A DNA stretch of 64,000 bases from Anthoceros angustus (Eukaryota > Plantae > Anthocerotophyta): positions 620,001 to 684,000 of the forward strand of contig MU008163.1 of the NCBI GenBank assembly GCA_010909165.1, written 5' to 3'. The position numbers were made by a program, and so were the translations under genes. Positions 11,838-21,899 of the stretch are shown here, in pieces. The number at the start of each line of letters is the position of its first letter. Positions within the stretch are counted from its first letter, which is position 1. The notes beneath the pieces are model-generated. The model saw only the letters and a program-made list of their open reading frames with translations, was not told where the DNA came from and did not search any database.

Positions 11838-13969
11838 ATGGGAACATCGCAAGGCTCCCCACCTGTTTTGATAGTCAATGCATTAGAGCCTGCTGGGGTG
11901 CCTGCACCTCCGCCTCAGACTCTGGCTCCGGCTCCCGTGCCGAGTTCTGGCGGTGGATCCTTTCCTCCCCCTTCTGTCTCGGGGATTCCAGGACTTCCAG
12001 GACTTCCAGGACTTCCAGGACTCCGCACTCCCTCTCCTCCAACAAAGTCCAGCAGTCGTTTGACAGTGGGCGTCATTATAGGTATAACAATTGGCGTAGT
12101 TATCAGCTTGGTAGTTGCAAGCTGTGTATTCATTTTTCTTAGATATAGGAAGCGGGCTCCAGTTGTGGGTGGCAGCAGAGGTGTAACGGGAAGCAGGAGC
12201 CTAGGTAATATCGATAATGGAGTTTTGACCATACCTATGAGAGTAAATGGTGTGAATTCTAGTCATGTCATGTCACATATAGACAGCACAGAGGTGCCAG
12301 TTCGACGCAAAAGGCGAGGTTTGTTTGCACTATGGTGGGGGGGTGGAAGAGCAGTTCATTTACCTGGACATCCGGGTGTGACGAAGTTTGGCTACAAGTA
12401 AGTTGCTTTTGTATCTCGGGTGTCAGTTTGTCTTCTTCTCACATTAACTTTGTTGTTTTTCTCATTCTGCCTTTGCTTTGGCAGAGAATTGCAGAAGGCA
12501 ACCAACAACTTCACAGCATTGTTGGGGGAAGGATCCTTTGGTCCTGTGTACAAAGCTATTCAGCCTTCGGGAGCAATTTTGGCTGTGAAAACCCTGTCGG
12601 TGGAGTCCAGACAAGGCGAGAGGGAGTTTGACACTGAGGTGACGAGTCTCCAATGGATTTGTGCATGGGGTAGTGCCAAATGTCCTCCTGGGGCATGGGG
12701 CATAAGGTTTTAGGGCTGCATGCCCATGTTTCTTGTCATCATCGCAGGTCACGCTTCTGGGAAGATTGCACCACAGGAATCTTGTCAATCTGGTGGGATA
12801 TTGTGCGGATAGAGGTGAACGGATGTTAGTGTACGAGTACATGAGCAATGGGAGTCTTGCAGATTTTCTGTACAGTGAGTAATCCCAGAAGGCTTACCTC
12901 TTTTCGGCTTTAAGTTGCCTCCATGATCCCCTAGCATGGAACTTGTGGTGCTAGTCATTGGGTGTGTGTGGTAGATCTAATGCACTGTGAGGTTTCTTCC
13001 TGTGCAGATCGGGAAATTGAGCCCCTCAGTTGGGAGCAAAGGGTGCACATAGCGCAAGATATCTCAAGGGGCCTTGAGTATCTTCACGATGGGGTACATA
13101 GCTGTTGCTTTCTGGAGTCTTTGACTGATATATCCTGTGATTTGGTTTGCTATAACTTGGAGCAACCTTTTGGCTGGTTTTGACAGGCCATACCCTCTGT
13201 TGTTCATCGCGATATCAAGACAGCTAACATCTTGCTGGATGGTTCTATGACTGCCAGAGTACGCACTTTAATACTCTTTGCTTCGAATGCCGTCGCTTTG
13301 GAGCAGGTGGAGCATGCTCCCAGTTGAGTTGACAGGGCAAGTTGTGGAACTAGGTTGCAGATTTCGGCCTGTCGAAGGAGAACTCGACGAGTACGCCAGA
13401 ACCTATCGTCTCTGGTGTGAAAGGGACATATGGCTATGTCGACCCCGAGTACATAGTAACAAACATGTTCACCGAGAAGAGCGATGTATACAGCTTTGGG
13501 GTTCTGCTATTCGAGATTATAACAGCCAGAAGCCCGCAACAAGGCTTAATGGAGTATGTGCATCTTGTAAGGAACCATCTCTTTCTCACACGTTGTGCCT
13601 CATCAGCAGTTCAGAAGCACCACTGACAGTGACATGCATCCGGTTGTGCAGGCTGCCTTGGGTGTGGAGGGGAAGAACGGGTGGGGAGAGCTGCTGGATC
13701 CAAGACTGAACGGAAAATGCAACATGGATTCCTTGGGCACAATGGCCTCGGTAGCCTACAAATGTGTGCAGAAGCTTCCCAAGGCACGTCCCAGGATGCG
13801 CACGGTAGCACAGGTCCTTTCCAAGCTTGGCAGGCGGCGACACAACTCCTCCATCGACCTGACCAACTTGCCTCCCCTCACGGAAGTTGCAGTGGAGCTT
13901 TCAGAACTGCATCCAAGCCATGCGGACTCCTCAACCATCGGGCCCGAACCATCTCCAACAACTGAATGA
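11838..13969 (+). CDS. CRLK1: Calcium/calmodulin-regulated receptor-like kinase (CRLK1-type), 7 exons
   Basis: Pro-rich N-terminus, then a TM helix ([25 protein letters not shown]) and the TIPMRVNG juxtamembrane motif. Kinase motifs [71 protein letters not shown] and PQQGLMEYV are present. Exons ~11838-12397, 12485-12640, 12749-12875, 13009-13094, 13187-13258, ~13354-13567 and 13651-13969, with canonical GT-AG sites. Confidence 0.9.
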
Positions 13970-14652
13970 ACACAACAATGAGGTAACTCCAACGTCTGCT
14001 TCACTGCACAGGGAGGAGGAATGAATCCACACAACATCCACCTGCCTTGCCTCACCACCGTGGGCTGAGAGGGAGGAAGGAGTTGTGCTGACGAGGAGGC
14101 AAGGGATGTGCAGTGTGCCAGGAAGGGAAGGAAAGGCTGAACACCCATGAATAAGCAGCGGCCTCCAGCAGCAGCCCGGTCATGAAAATTATAACGTTGG
14201 GAACGGACCCCCCCGCGGCGCCGTTTCGAACCCGTTTCGGAACCGTGTTGAAAGCGACGATTGCGTGCTTAGCTAGCTAGCTAGCTGTATGCCCTAAAGT
14301 GGTGTCAGTGGCCGGCCGGAGTCGTAATGTGCGTCTCAGACTGCTTTCTGCCCTGACCTGGTTTTGCGAGAGCCAGAAGCGCGTCACGGCGGTGCGACGA
14401 GACGTTTGAGACGCGCGGCGAGACGTTTTGAGACGCGTTTCCTGGCTTTGCTTCCTTGCTCGCACTGCGACGATCCCTGCGCATTGCGAGCTCGGAGATC
14501 GAGGATCGTAGGGTGTAGATCCGGTGCAGGGTGAGGTCCGGGGGGTGTGGGGCGAGGGGAAGGAAGGAAAGGGGAGGGAAGTGGAGGGAAGTGGAGGGAA
14601 GGGAGGGAAGGCAAAGCAAGGCAAGGCAAGGGAGGGGGAATCTTCGATTCGA

Positions 14653-16989
14653 ATGCAGGGCCCGGGGATGTCGGCTCAGCAGAACCGGCAGCAGCTGAGT
14701 CGCAGGCCGAGGCGGTTGGTGTCACTGAGAAGAGACGACATCGTTACGGTTGATGTGAAGACAAAGACGTTGGTGCTCAAAGACGGGCTTACGATCAAGC
14801 TGAGCGGCGAGGATGTGGCGCGATGCATCCCTGGTTGCCCAGCGTTTGGGGTCCCTTTCGATGACGCCAGCACGGTGTACAGGAAGGACGGAGTGGTGAA
14901 AGCCCTGGGGCTGCCCCCGGGCTGTGGGACTCGCTGTGCTGAAGCGAGCATTCCGGACAGCGTGTTCAGGTCTTTGGTGAGCAGACGGAACTCCATGCTG
15001 CGAGGGGCAAAACCAGACGGCTATATGCCCTGGTATGTTGTGAGCGCCACCTTGGTTGAGTATTCTGGGACGGCGGTGAATTGGGCAGAGGAGGTTGCTC
15101 TTCGAATGATGGAGGCTCTGGCTGCGCTGAAGGATGGTGCGAAGAAGCTCAAGTTCGAGGCTGAAATTGTGAAGATGGTGAACCTCAAGGCGGAGGAGCA
15201 GGAGGCCCGCGCGGCAGCCGAGCTGGTGGTGCCGGGGGAGGAGCAGCTCCAGCTGCCCGAGGGAGTTCTCCCGGTGGATGGTACGGCTGGATTCGGCGAG
15301 GCGGGTGCTGGGGGTGGGGAGCCGGAGTTGGAGGGAGGCGTAGGGACGTACAAGAAGGAGTCGGTGGTTCGGAGGGACGTGGATGTTGTGGGAGAGGCAC
15401 GATTGGGAGTGGTGGGAGGTATTGTTGGGAGTGCTTCCGGGGAGGGGAATGCTGTGGGTGCGTCCGGGGAGGGGAATGCGGTGGTGGGCGGATTGGGAAT
15501 TGGGGGTACGGTGGGCGAGGATGCTGCTCGTACTGCGGGCGCAATGCTGTTGTTGAGCGGGGGGGAAGGAACGGGAGGGGGACTGGAAGTTGCTGGAAGT
15601 GGGCTCGCACTTGAGAAGGAGGCAGGCGGGGGTGTGTGGAGAGAAGTCTGCGTGGAAGAGAAGTCCAAGCTCAATCGGCATGACCTAACCCATGTCGTTG
15701 TGGAGCTGGCTTGTGGGGCGGCTTCCCCTGCCGTGCAAGTGGAAGGAAGACAGTTGAGGTCTCGAGAGATCAAGACAACCGTGGTGGAGAAGCTTTCCAC
15801 CAGGAGTGTAGCCAAGGCTGCTGCCCAGGTGCTGGCGAAGGCTTTTTCCGAGATGGATACCCGGTGCAGGAAGAAAGAGGAACAATGCAAGCAGCTGGAA
15901 GGGGACGGCAGCGAGAGGCAGGTGGAGAAGTCGGTAACAGGGCAGGAGGAGGCTGAAGCGAAAGCCAAGGCTGATGCAGTGGCCAACGCCGAGGCTGATG
16001 CGCTGGCCAACGCTGAGGGTGATGCAGTGGCCAAGGCAGAAGCGGATGCAGCGGCCAAGGCGGAGGCGGAGGCGGATGCACTGGCCAAGGCAGAGGAAGA
16101 GGCTGAGGCCGAGGCCAAAGCAGAAGCAGAGGCCAAGGCCAAGGCCAAAGCAGAAGCAGAAGCTGAAGCTTTCAACGCTCTAATGCAGGCTGAGGAGGAA
16201 AAATTGGCCAAGGCCAGGGAGGAAAAGAACGGGCTCCTGAGGCGCTTCAACGAAATCGGGGCCAGGGAAGCAGTGGCGGAGCAGGAAAAACGAGGAGTCA
16301 TCCGGCAGATTATCGAAAGCAGTGGCGCAGGCCGGAAGCTCATGGCAGACCGGGACAGCGTACTGGGAGAGGTCATGAGGGACATGAAGGCCATGCAAGA
16401 GGCGAGGCTGGTCAAGCTGGCTCAGATGCATGTCAAGAGGCGCAAGCTGGAAGAGGCGAATGCGTCCTACGACGAGATGACCAAGAGCCACACTGCCCAC
16501 ATCTGGGAGCTGGAGAAGGCAGTTGTGGACCAGGGCTACGGCATGGAGGCGATGCACGAGCAGTGGCAGCAGCATAACCTCAGGGTGGAGCAGCACAAGC
16601 TGGCCGAGGCCAAGTTGGAGGTGAGTTTGGCCAAGGCGGACGAGGCCAAGGCCGTGCTGGACGAAGAGAAGAACAAGCTGGTGGCGGAATTGCAGGAACA
16701 GCACGCCCGGATGAAGCACCTCCGGTCCAAGTTCATGCCGGAAGATAATATCCCTGACGTACTGGACATCAATACCATCGAAATCGAAGCTCTCCTGCTC
16801 GCTGCTGACGAGCGGGACACGGAGCCTTTTCCGGGGAATAACAAGAGGAAGCACTCGGACACGGATCGGGACTTCCGCCGGAAGCCCCAGGAGACCGAAC
16901 GTGACGTGGGAGGTTTACGCCAGCGGGCCAGAAGCAGCGAGAATGGTGGGGGCAAGCGAGCTCTGAGAGGCTCGTCGGGCGTGGTCTGA
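14653..16989 (+). CDS. Intronless orphan protein: globular N-terminal domain, Gly-rich linker, Ala/Glu/Lys repeats and long coiled coil; probably TE-associated
   Basis: The frame is open from 14524 to 16989 (821 codons); the first ATG is 14653. The N-domain contains VNWAEEVALRMMEAL, followed by AEAEAKAKAKAEAEAE repeats and heptad-rich helices. It has no introns, unlike its neighbours. No recognisable enzyme motif. Confidence 0.65.
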   Translation: MQGPGMSAQQNRQQLSRRPRRLVSLRRDDIVTVDVKTKTLVLKDGLTIKLSGEDVARCIPGCPAFGVPFDDASTVYRKDGVVKALGLPPGCGTRCAEASIPDSVFRSLVSRRNSMLRGAKPDGYMPWYVVSATLVEYSGTAVNWAEEVALRMMEALAALKDGAKKLKFEAEIVKMVNLKAEEQEARAAAELVVPGEEQLQLPEGVLPVDGTAGFGEAGAGGGEPELEGGVGTYKKESVVRRDVDVVGEARLGVVGGIVGSASGEGNAVGASGEGNAVVGGLGIGGTVGEDAARTAGAMLLLSGGEGTGGGLEVAGSGLALEKEAGGGVWREVCVEEKSKLNRHDLTHVVVELACGAASPAVQVEGRQLRSREIKTTVVEKLSTRSVAKAAAQVLAKAFSEMDTRCRKKEEQCKQLEGDGSERQVEKSVTGQEEAEAKAKADAVANAEADALANAEGDAVAKAEADAAAKAEAEADALAKAEEEAEAEAKAEAEAKAKAKAEAEAEAFNALMQAEEEKLAKAREEKNGLLRRFNEIGAREAVAEQEKRGVIRQIIESSGAGRKLMADRDSVLGEVMRDMKAMQEARLVKLAQMHVKRRKLEEANASYDEMTKSHTAHIWELEKAVVDQGYGMEAMHEQWQQHNLRVEQHKLAEAKLEVSLAKADEAKAVLDEEKNKLVAELQEQHARMKHLRSKFMPEDNIPDVLDINTIEIEALLLAADERDTEPFPGNNKRKHSDTDRDFRRKPQETERDVGGLRQRARSSENGGGKRALRGSSGVV

Positions 16990-17297
16990 GGACAACAGGT
17001 GAGCCGGGCTGTCGAGCATAAGCCGAAAAATCCATCAGTAACTTTTTGAAACAAGTCCGGGCGCGCGTCAGTTGCAACGCTGCAACGTGGGAAGGGAGAA
17101 GATCATGGGAGTAACTCGCTCCGCGGAAGAGTCATGACCTCACAAATTTTGGCGTTTGCGTTTAACAAACAAGGAAAATGGGTTCCCAGGGAGAAAGAAG
17201 GGCGGAGATGGTGAGAAGGGGGACGACCGTTCTATCAAGAGGAGGGCGGGATGGCGGCTGTCTTTCTGGGTCACAGCAGCACAAGGTGGTAGAACTG

Positions 17298-17880
17298 TGG
17301 AGAGGAAGAGGGGAATAAATTTGCATCAAGGGAAGGCGGCGGCGGCGGTTGTTTTTTTTGGGTTACGACTTGAAAGTGAGCGGCATAATATAGAACAGGT
17401 TGTAGGATAGAGGGAGATGGGAAGGGAAATGGGGTATGAGCTCTGTATCAAGGGGAAGGCGGTGGTGGCGGCAGTTGTTTGGGTTTACAGCGTGAAAATG
17501 AGCGCGTGTGAGAACTTTTTTGCTGTGAGACCTGTAGGATGAGGAATCTCCCATATCCATCTAGGTATGTGTGCTTCTTTTATGTGTTACAGCGTGAGAA
17601 GGTTTTGCGTGAGAATAGTGGAGAGGGAGGGAAAGGGGGGTTTGAACTTTGTGACAAGGGGAAGGCGGGGCTGCGTTTCAGGGTTACAGCTTGAGAAAGA
17701 GCGTTTGTTGGTAACCTTTTTGCTGTGAGACCTGAGGATGAGGAATCTCCCATATCAATCTAGGTCTGCTTGAGGGTGTAACATGGAACTGGTGGTCGAA
17801 TGGTGGAGTGGGAGAAGGAGGTATGAATTTTCTATCGAAAGGAGGGATGGCGGCTACCTTTTTGTGTTACAGCGCGATCT
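17298..17880. repeat. Degenerate direct repeats (several copies of a ~100-250 bp motif)
   Basis: The motif caaggg(g)aaggcgg...gggttac..gaaa..gagcg recurs near 17330, 17450 and 17655. tttttgctgtgagacctg..ggatgaggaatctcccatatc.atctaggt occurs at ~17516 and ~17717. Confidence 0.75.
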
Positions 17881-18104
17881 GCGCTGTCAGACCTGGAGGA
17901 TCCATGTCTATCTAGAGATGTGTGCTTCATATCTGGTTTGTCTCAAAACGATGCAAATAAATAAAAATATATTATTTATAATTGATTTCTCAGGAATTGC
18001 TCTGAAAACAAAGTGCCCCTTTTTGCCAAGCCGGGTCATCCCCCGTTTCCGTAAGCTCCCCGCATTCGACACGTCCCGTTTGAGAATTTATACCACTGGG
18101 TACC

Positions 18105-19090
18105 GTGCGGGTCTCAGAAGGTTCGGCTCTCGTTAGACGAACTTCGAGAAAGCGGGGATGTGAGGGAGCAATTGTGCACTTGCTCACTTGTCCTCGCAGT
18201 TGCAGAAGACTCTGTCCTTGCGCATCGTCCCCTCCCAAGTCCCGCATCCCTATCTGTAAGCCAGCCGAACGGTAGCGTCTATCGCACGCCATCACACTCT
18301 GCGGTGAGTAACAGTAAAGCCTGTCTCCATTTCCTAGGCTCCGATTATGGTGTTGTCCTGTTGCCACCCGATTTCGTACAGACCTAATTCTGCGCCATGT
18401 CGAACGTTTGTAACGCGTAAGTGTCGCGTTCATGGCTAGGACGTTTGATTCTGCGCGTTGGTCGCACGTTTGCGCGGTTGTGTGTCGCTCGGGCTGAGGA
18501 GCTCTACGTGTATCTGTTGTGTTAGCTGTGTACGGCATGTGGCAAGATCTCTTCACCGTGTGTGTAGGAGGTGAATTGTAGAGGTGTTTGGCGTAAGGGT
18601 TTGCGGCTCTCAGAAGGTTCGACTCCTGTCAGACGACCTTCGACAGAGCGGGGATGTGAGGGAGCAATTGTGCACTTGCTCACTTGTCCTTGCAGTTGCA
18701 GAAGACTCTGTTTTTGCGCATCGTCCCCTCCCAAGTCCCGCATCCCTATCTGTACGCCAGCCGAGCGGTAGCGTCTATCGCACGCCATCACACTCTGTGG
18801 TGAGTATCTCCATTTCCTAGGCTCTGATTATGGTATTTGTCCTGTTGCCACCCGATATCGTATAGACCTAATTCTGCGCCGTGTCGAACGTTTGTAACAC
18901 GTCTGTGTCGCGTTCGTGGCTAGGACGTTTGATTCTGCGCGTTGGTCTCACGTTTGCGCGTTTGTGTGTCGCTTGGGCTGAGGAGCTCTACGTGTATTTG
19001 TTGTGTCAGCTGTATACGGCATGTGGCAAGGTCTCTTCACCGTGCGTGCAAGAGGTGAATTGTAGAGGTGTTTGGCGTGAGGGTTTGCAT
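18105..19090. repeat. Two-copy tandem duplication, ~490-bp unit
   Basis: gatgtgagggagcaattgtgcacttgctcacttgtcc occurs at ~18157 and ~18654, and gaggtgaattgtagaggtgtttggcgt.agggtttgc at ~18568 and ~19052. The sequence between these anchors is collinear with scattered substitutions. Confidence 0.9.
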
Positions 19091-19540
19091 GTGTTTGTGC
19101 ATGTCGCTCTTCCGCTACCAGTGCAGAATTCGAAACACCGGTCCCCCTAGCGGAAAGGAGTTGAGTTGGCATCTAATGACTACATGCTTATGTGACAACA
19201 TTTACACCACAAGCTGTTGGGCCAGTGATGTAGAACCAAGTAGTTCATTCCCATTACTACGTGATTTTATGGAGTTCGTAGGCCACTTACAAGTTCACAT
19301 TCTTACTCCACAAAGGGGGCATCTTGAAGACGAAGCTTCACATTATATTTACCTTGTTTGCGCCGAAATCCTATTTGTGCCTACATAGTTACTATACCTC
19401 CACCAAAAATATAAACCGGACTCTTTGAAATATCCAGTATAACATAATGATCCACCTAGAGTGACAATGGATATGCAGTTAGATCATACTAACACAAAAG
19501 TTGAATTAACAATCAATTAATATTAATAAAAAAATTGATA

Positions 19541-19811
19541 TGAGTTAGCTAATTCATAGTTCAACGATACATTTATTTATTTATTGGATATGTAATATGA
19601 TCTAGACATGATTTGAATTGTAAAAGAGAGAGAACAAATGAGCTCATATATTTCAAAATGAGCTCAAAATTGATAACAGATTAAAATCATGTCTAGATCA
19701 TATTACTATCCAATAAATAAATAAATGTATCGTTGAACTATGAATTAGCTAACTCATTTTGAATTGTAAAAGAGAGAGAACAAATGAGCTCATATATTTC
19801 AAAATGAGCTC
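19541..19811. repeat. Near-perfect 74/73-bp inverted repeat interleaved with a 54-bp direct repeat
   Basis: 19541-19614 is the reverse complement of 19684-19756 apart from one indel (loop 69 nt). tttgaattgtaaaagagagagaacaaatgagctcatatatttcaaaatgagctc occurs identically at 19612-19665 and 19758-19811. Confidence 0.92.
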
Positions 19812-20042
19812 TTTATATTACAAAATGAGCTCTTTATACCGTCTTATTCCTTTCGTCGGCTCTTTAAGGTATGTAACCTAGCCGTCCGACAAGTCATTTA
19901 GGTTTACATATAAACACATTATTACATTACTCTTTCACTTACTGATTCAATGTTTCATGTTTTCTAAGCGCTTGCTCCAGCGTGCACCTCAACACAATGT
20001 CAAGCTGTCTTGACAATAAGCCAGCCCTTCCCATTTTTCTTA

Positions 20043-20055
20043 TGGTATCAGAGCC
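20043..20055 (+). promoter_or_regulatory. Primer-binding site complementary to the tRNA-iMet 3' end
   Basis: TGGTATCAGAGCC, the canonical plant LTR-retrotransposon PBS, directly upstream of the internal region. Confidence 0.9.
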
Positions 20056-20085
20056 ATATACGCTGGCAATGATTTTATAGATGCA

Positions 20086-20589
20086 ATGCCGAGGAACAGG
20101 TCTAACTACGGATCCGGAGGAGGTTTTGTGAAATCCTTCTCAAGGCCCGCCTGCAGATCACCTGTTCGCTCGCGTGCATACGGGCCTGGTGCTAATTTCC
20201 AATCTGAACGAGATACTGTGCATTCAGAAAGAGCTCTTTATGGGCGCAATAATAGGATTCCAACAACGTATTATACTACTGCTGTGAGACCCTGCGACAC
20301 CTGTGGACACCTTTACAGACCTGATCAATCGTCTACCAGACGATCCTCCCCAGCGCCAGAGCCCTGCACAAGGAACATCGTTCCCCTGTCAACTTCACTT
20401 GAAACTTTGGAAGGTTTACTGAATGCAACAATTCAGAGACAGGAATCATTTGGAAGGCGATTGGACTCAATAAATCTGAAGATTCACAAATTCATCATCA
20501 GATTTTCTTCCGACATCAAAGAGTTGACCCACCAACTCCAGGTTTTCAATGACATTCTGCGCTCCTTTGCAGGGGAGCGCCTTGACTGA
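20086..20589 (+). CDS. Extra 167-aa ORF between PBS and gag of the copia element; function unknown
   Basis: ATG 31 nt after the PBS and an uninterrupted frame. Basic/Ser-rich N-terminus, CDTCGH motif and amphipathic helical C-terminus (LETLEGLLNATIQRQESFGRRLDSINLKIHKF). Confidence 0.5.
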   Translation: MPRNRSNYGSGGGFVKSFSRPACRSPVRSRAYGPGANFQSERDTVHSERALYGRNNRIPTTYYTTAVRPCDTCGHLYRPDQSSTRRSSPAPEPCTRNIVPLSTSLETLEGLLNATIQRQESFGRRLDSINLKIHKFIIRFSSDIKELTHQLQVFNDILRSFAGERLD

Positions 20590-20819
20590 TTCTTTCCTTC
20601 AGTCACTATCTAGGGATGGTGGGAGGATCTCACGCTGAATTTTCCTGTCTTCCTCACATTTGCTTCCGCTGGTAGAGACAGTTAGTAACCGTTTTTTTAG
20701 CTGAATCCTTCTTTGCCCTAGAAGACCCTTCAGCAGGTTAGTTTTCTTTTTATTGAGTCTGCTGAAACGTCATGACACCCTAACCGCTTACCTTTTCAGA
20801 TGGTCGAGGACACCTGTTC

Positions 20820-21893
20820 ATGTCAACAAGGGACTTCTTCTTCAAATACCCTGCTACACCACATCTGCGTCGTAGGTTAGATACCGAGTATGATGACTTA
20901 GCTTCCCCTCCACCTAGTCCTTCTGGTCCCACTCCAGATCCTCCACCAAACCCACCTAATCCTCCTGTCCCTCCTGTACCACCTCCTCCTAATCCACCCA
21001 TACCACCACCAGTACCACCAAATCCGCTTGTCAATATGGCTTCTGCTTCAACACCTTCTTTTACAGCAGAGCTAAAGGAAAAAGACATGTTCAATGGTAC
21101 CCAATATGAGGTGTGGCGTGTTCGCATGATGACCAATCTTCGCGCAAGAGGTGTGTGGGCAGTTGTAGATGGCTCATCCCCAATACCTGTCCTACCTGCT
21201 GCTGGTGCTGCTGCTCCAGCTGGAGGAAATCAGGTGACACAGGATGGTATCGACAAGTGGCACAACCTGAACAGTATCGCAGTTGCTATATTGATATCTG
21301 GCCTTGACGAGGTTCTAATACCTGAAGTAGAGTATTTGACGAAAGTTCATGAAATCTGGAAACAATTGGAAAATACATATGCTGTCAAGACTATGTTGAC
21401 CTTATGTACAGCAAAGCAAGAATTTTATGCTTTAAGGATGCGAGAGGGTGAGAGTGTGGCTGCCCACACAAGTAAATTCCGTCACCTTCGCTCGCGCCTT
21501 GTCCAGCTGAATGCCACCATGACTGAAGAGGATGCAGTCTCGCAACTATTGCTCAGCCTGCCTGCCTCGTATCGGACTTTTGTTTCACTCCAGAATGTAC
21601 CCCTCGCATTAGCAGGCCAGAACAGGTTAGCTGGTACCCCAGTTACTCTAACTCTGGAAGGTGTGATAGGTACACTTTACCAGGAGGAGCAGAGCCGACT
21701 TCGACTGAATCCAAGTGACTCTGGAGGGAAGACTCGAACGGATAGAGTTTTGTATACCTCGCGTCCGCGTGGAGGATATGGGCGAGGACGAGGCAGAGGT
21801 GGAGGCAGGTTCCCATCTTCTGGACGCCAACAACAACGTCCCTCTCCCAGTGTCCAGGGGTATTACACCAGTTGCAATTGCCAGGTTTCTTAG
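20820..21893 (+). CDS. gag: Copia Gag (polyproline linker, UBN2-type gag domain; zinc knuckle degenerate)
   Basis: FNGTQYEVWRVRMMTNLRARGVWAVVDG; IWKQLENTY; KQEFYALRMREGESVAAHTSKF; LLLSLPASY; RGG-rich tail. It ends in TAG out of frame with pol. Confidence 0.85.
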   Translation: MSTRDFFFKYPATPHLRRRLDTEYDDLASPPPSPSGPTPDPPPNPPNPPVPPVPPPPNPPIPPPVPPNPLVNMASASTPSFTAELKEKDMFNGTQYEVWRVRMMTNLRARGVWAVVDGSSPIPVLPAAGAAAPAGGNQVTQDGIDKWHNLNSIAVAILISGLDEVLIPEVEYLTKVHEIWKQLENTYAVKTMLTLCTAKQEFYALRMREGESVAAHTSKFRHLRSRLVQLNATMTEEDAVSQLLLSLPASYRTFVSLQNVPLALAGQNRLAGTPVTLTLEGVIGTLYQEEQSRLRLNPSDSGGKTRTDRVLYTSRPRGGYGRGRGRGGGRFPSSGRQQQRPSPSVQGYYTSCNCQVS

Positions 21894-21899
21894 CAGAAG

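Noticed and set aside
15021-16415. Long antisense ORFs (464, 319 and 224 aa) over the orphan gene
   Set aside because: These are expected shadows of a GC-rich, low-complexity coding strand; the peptides are Ser/Ala/Pro-rich mirror sequences.
14200-19150. Terminal inverted repeats or Helitron ends around the orphan ORF block
   Set aside because: Only an 8-bp match (gtttcgaa / ttcgaaac) was found; no convincing TIR, TSD or hairpin-CTRR end.
19215-19493. Solo LTR (TGTTGG...CTAACA)
   Set aside because: The flanking 5-mers (caagc / caaaa) do not form a TSD and there is no second copy in the window.
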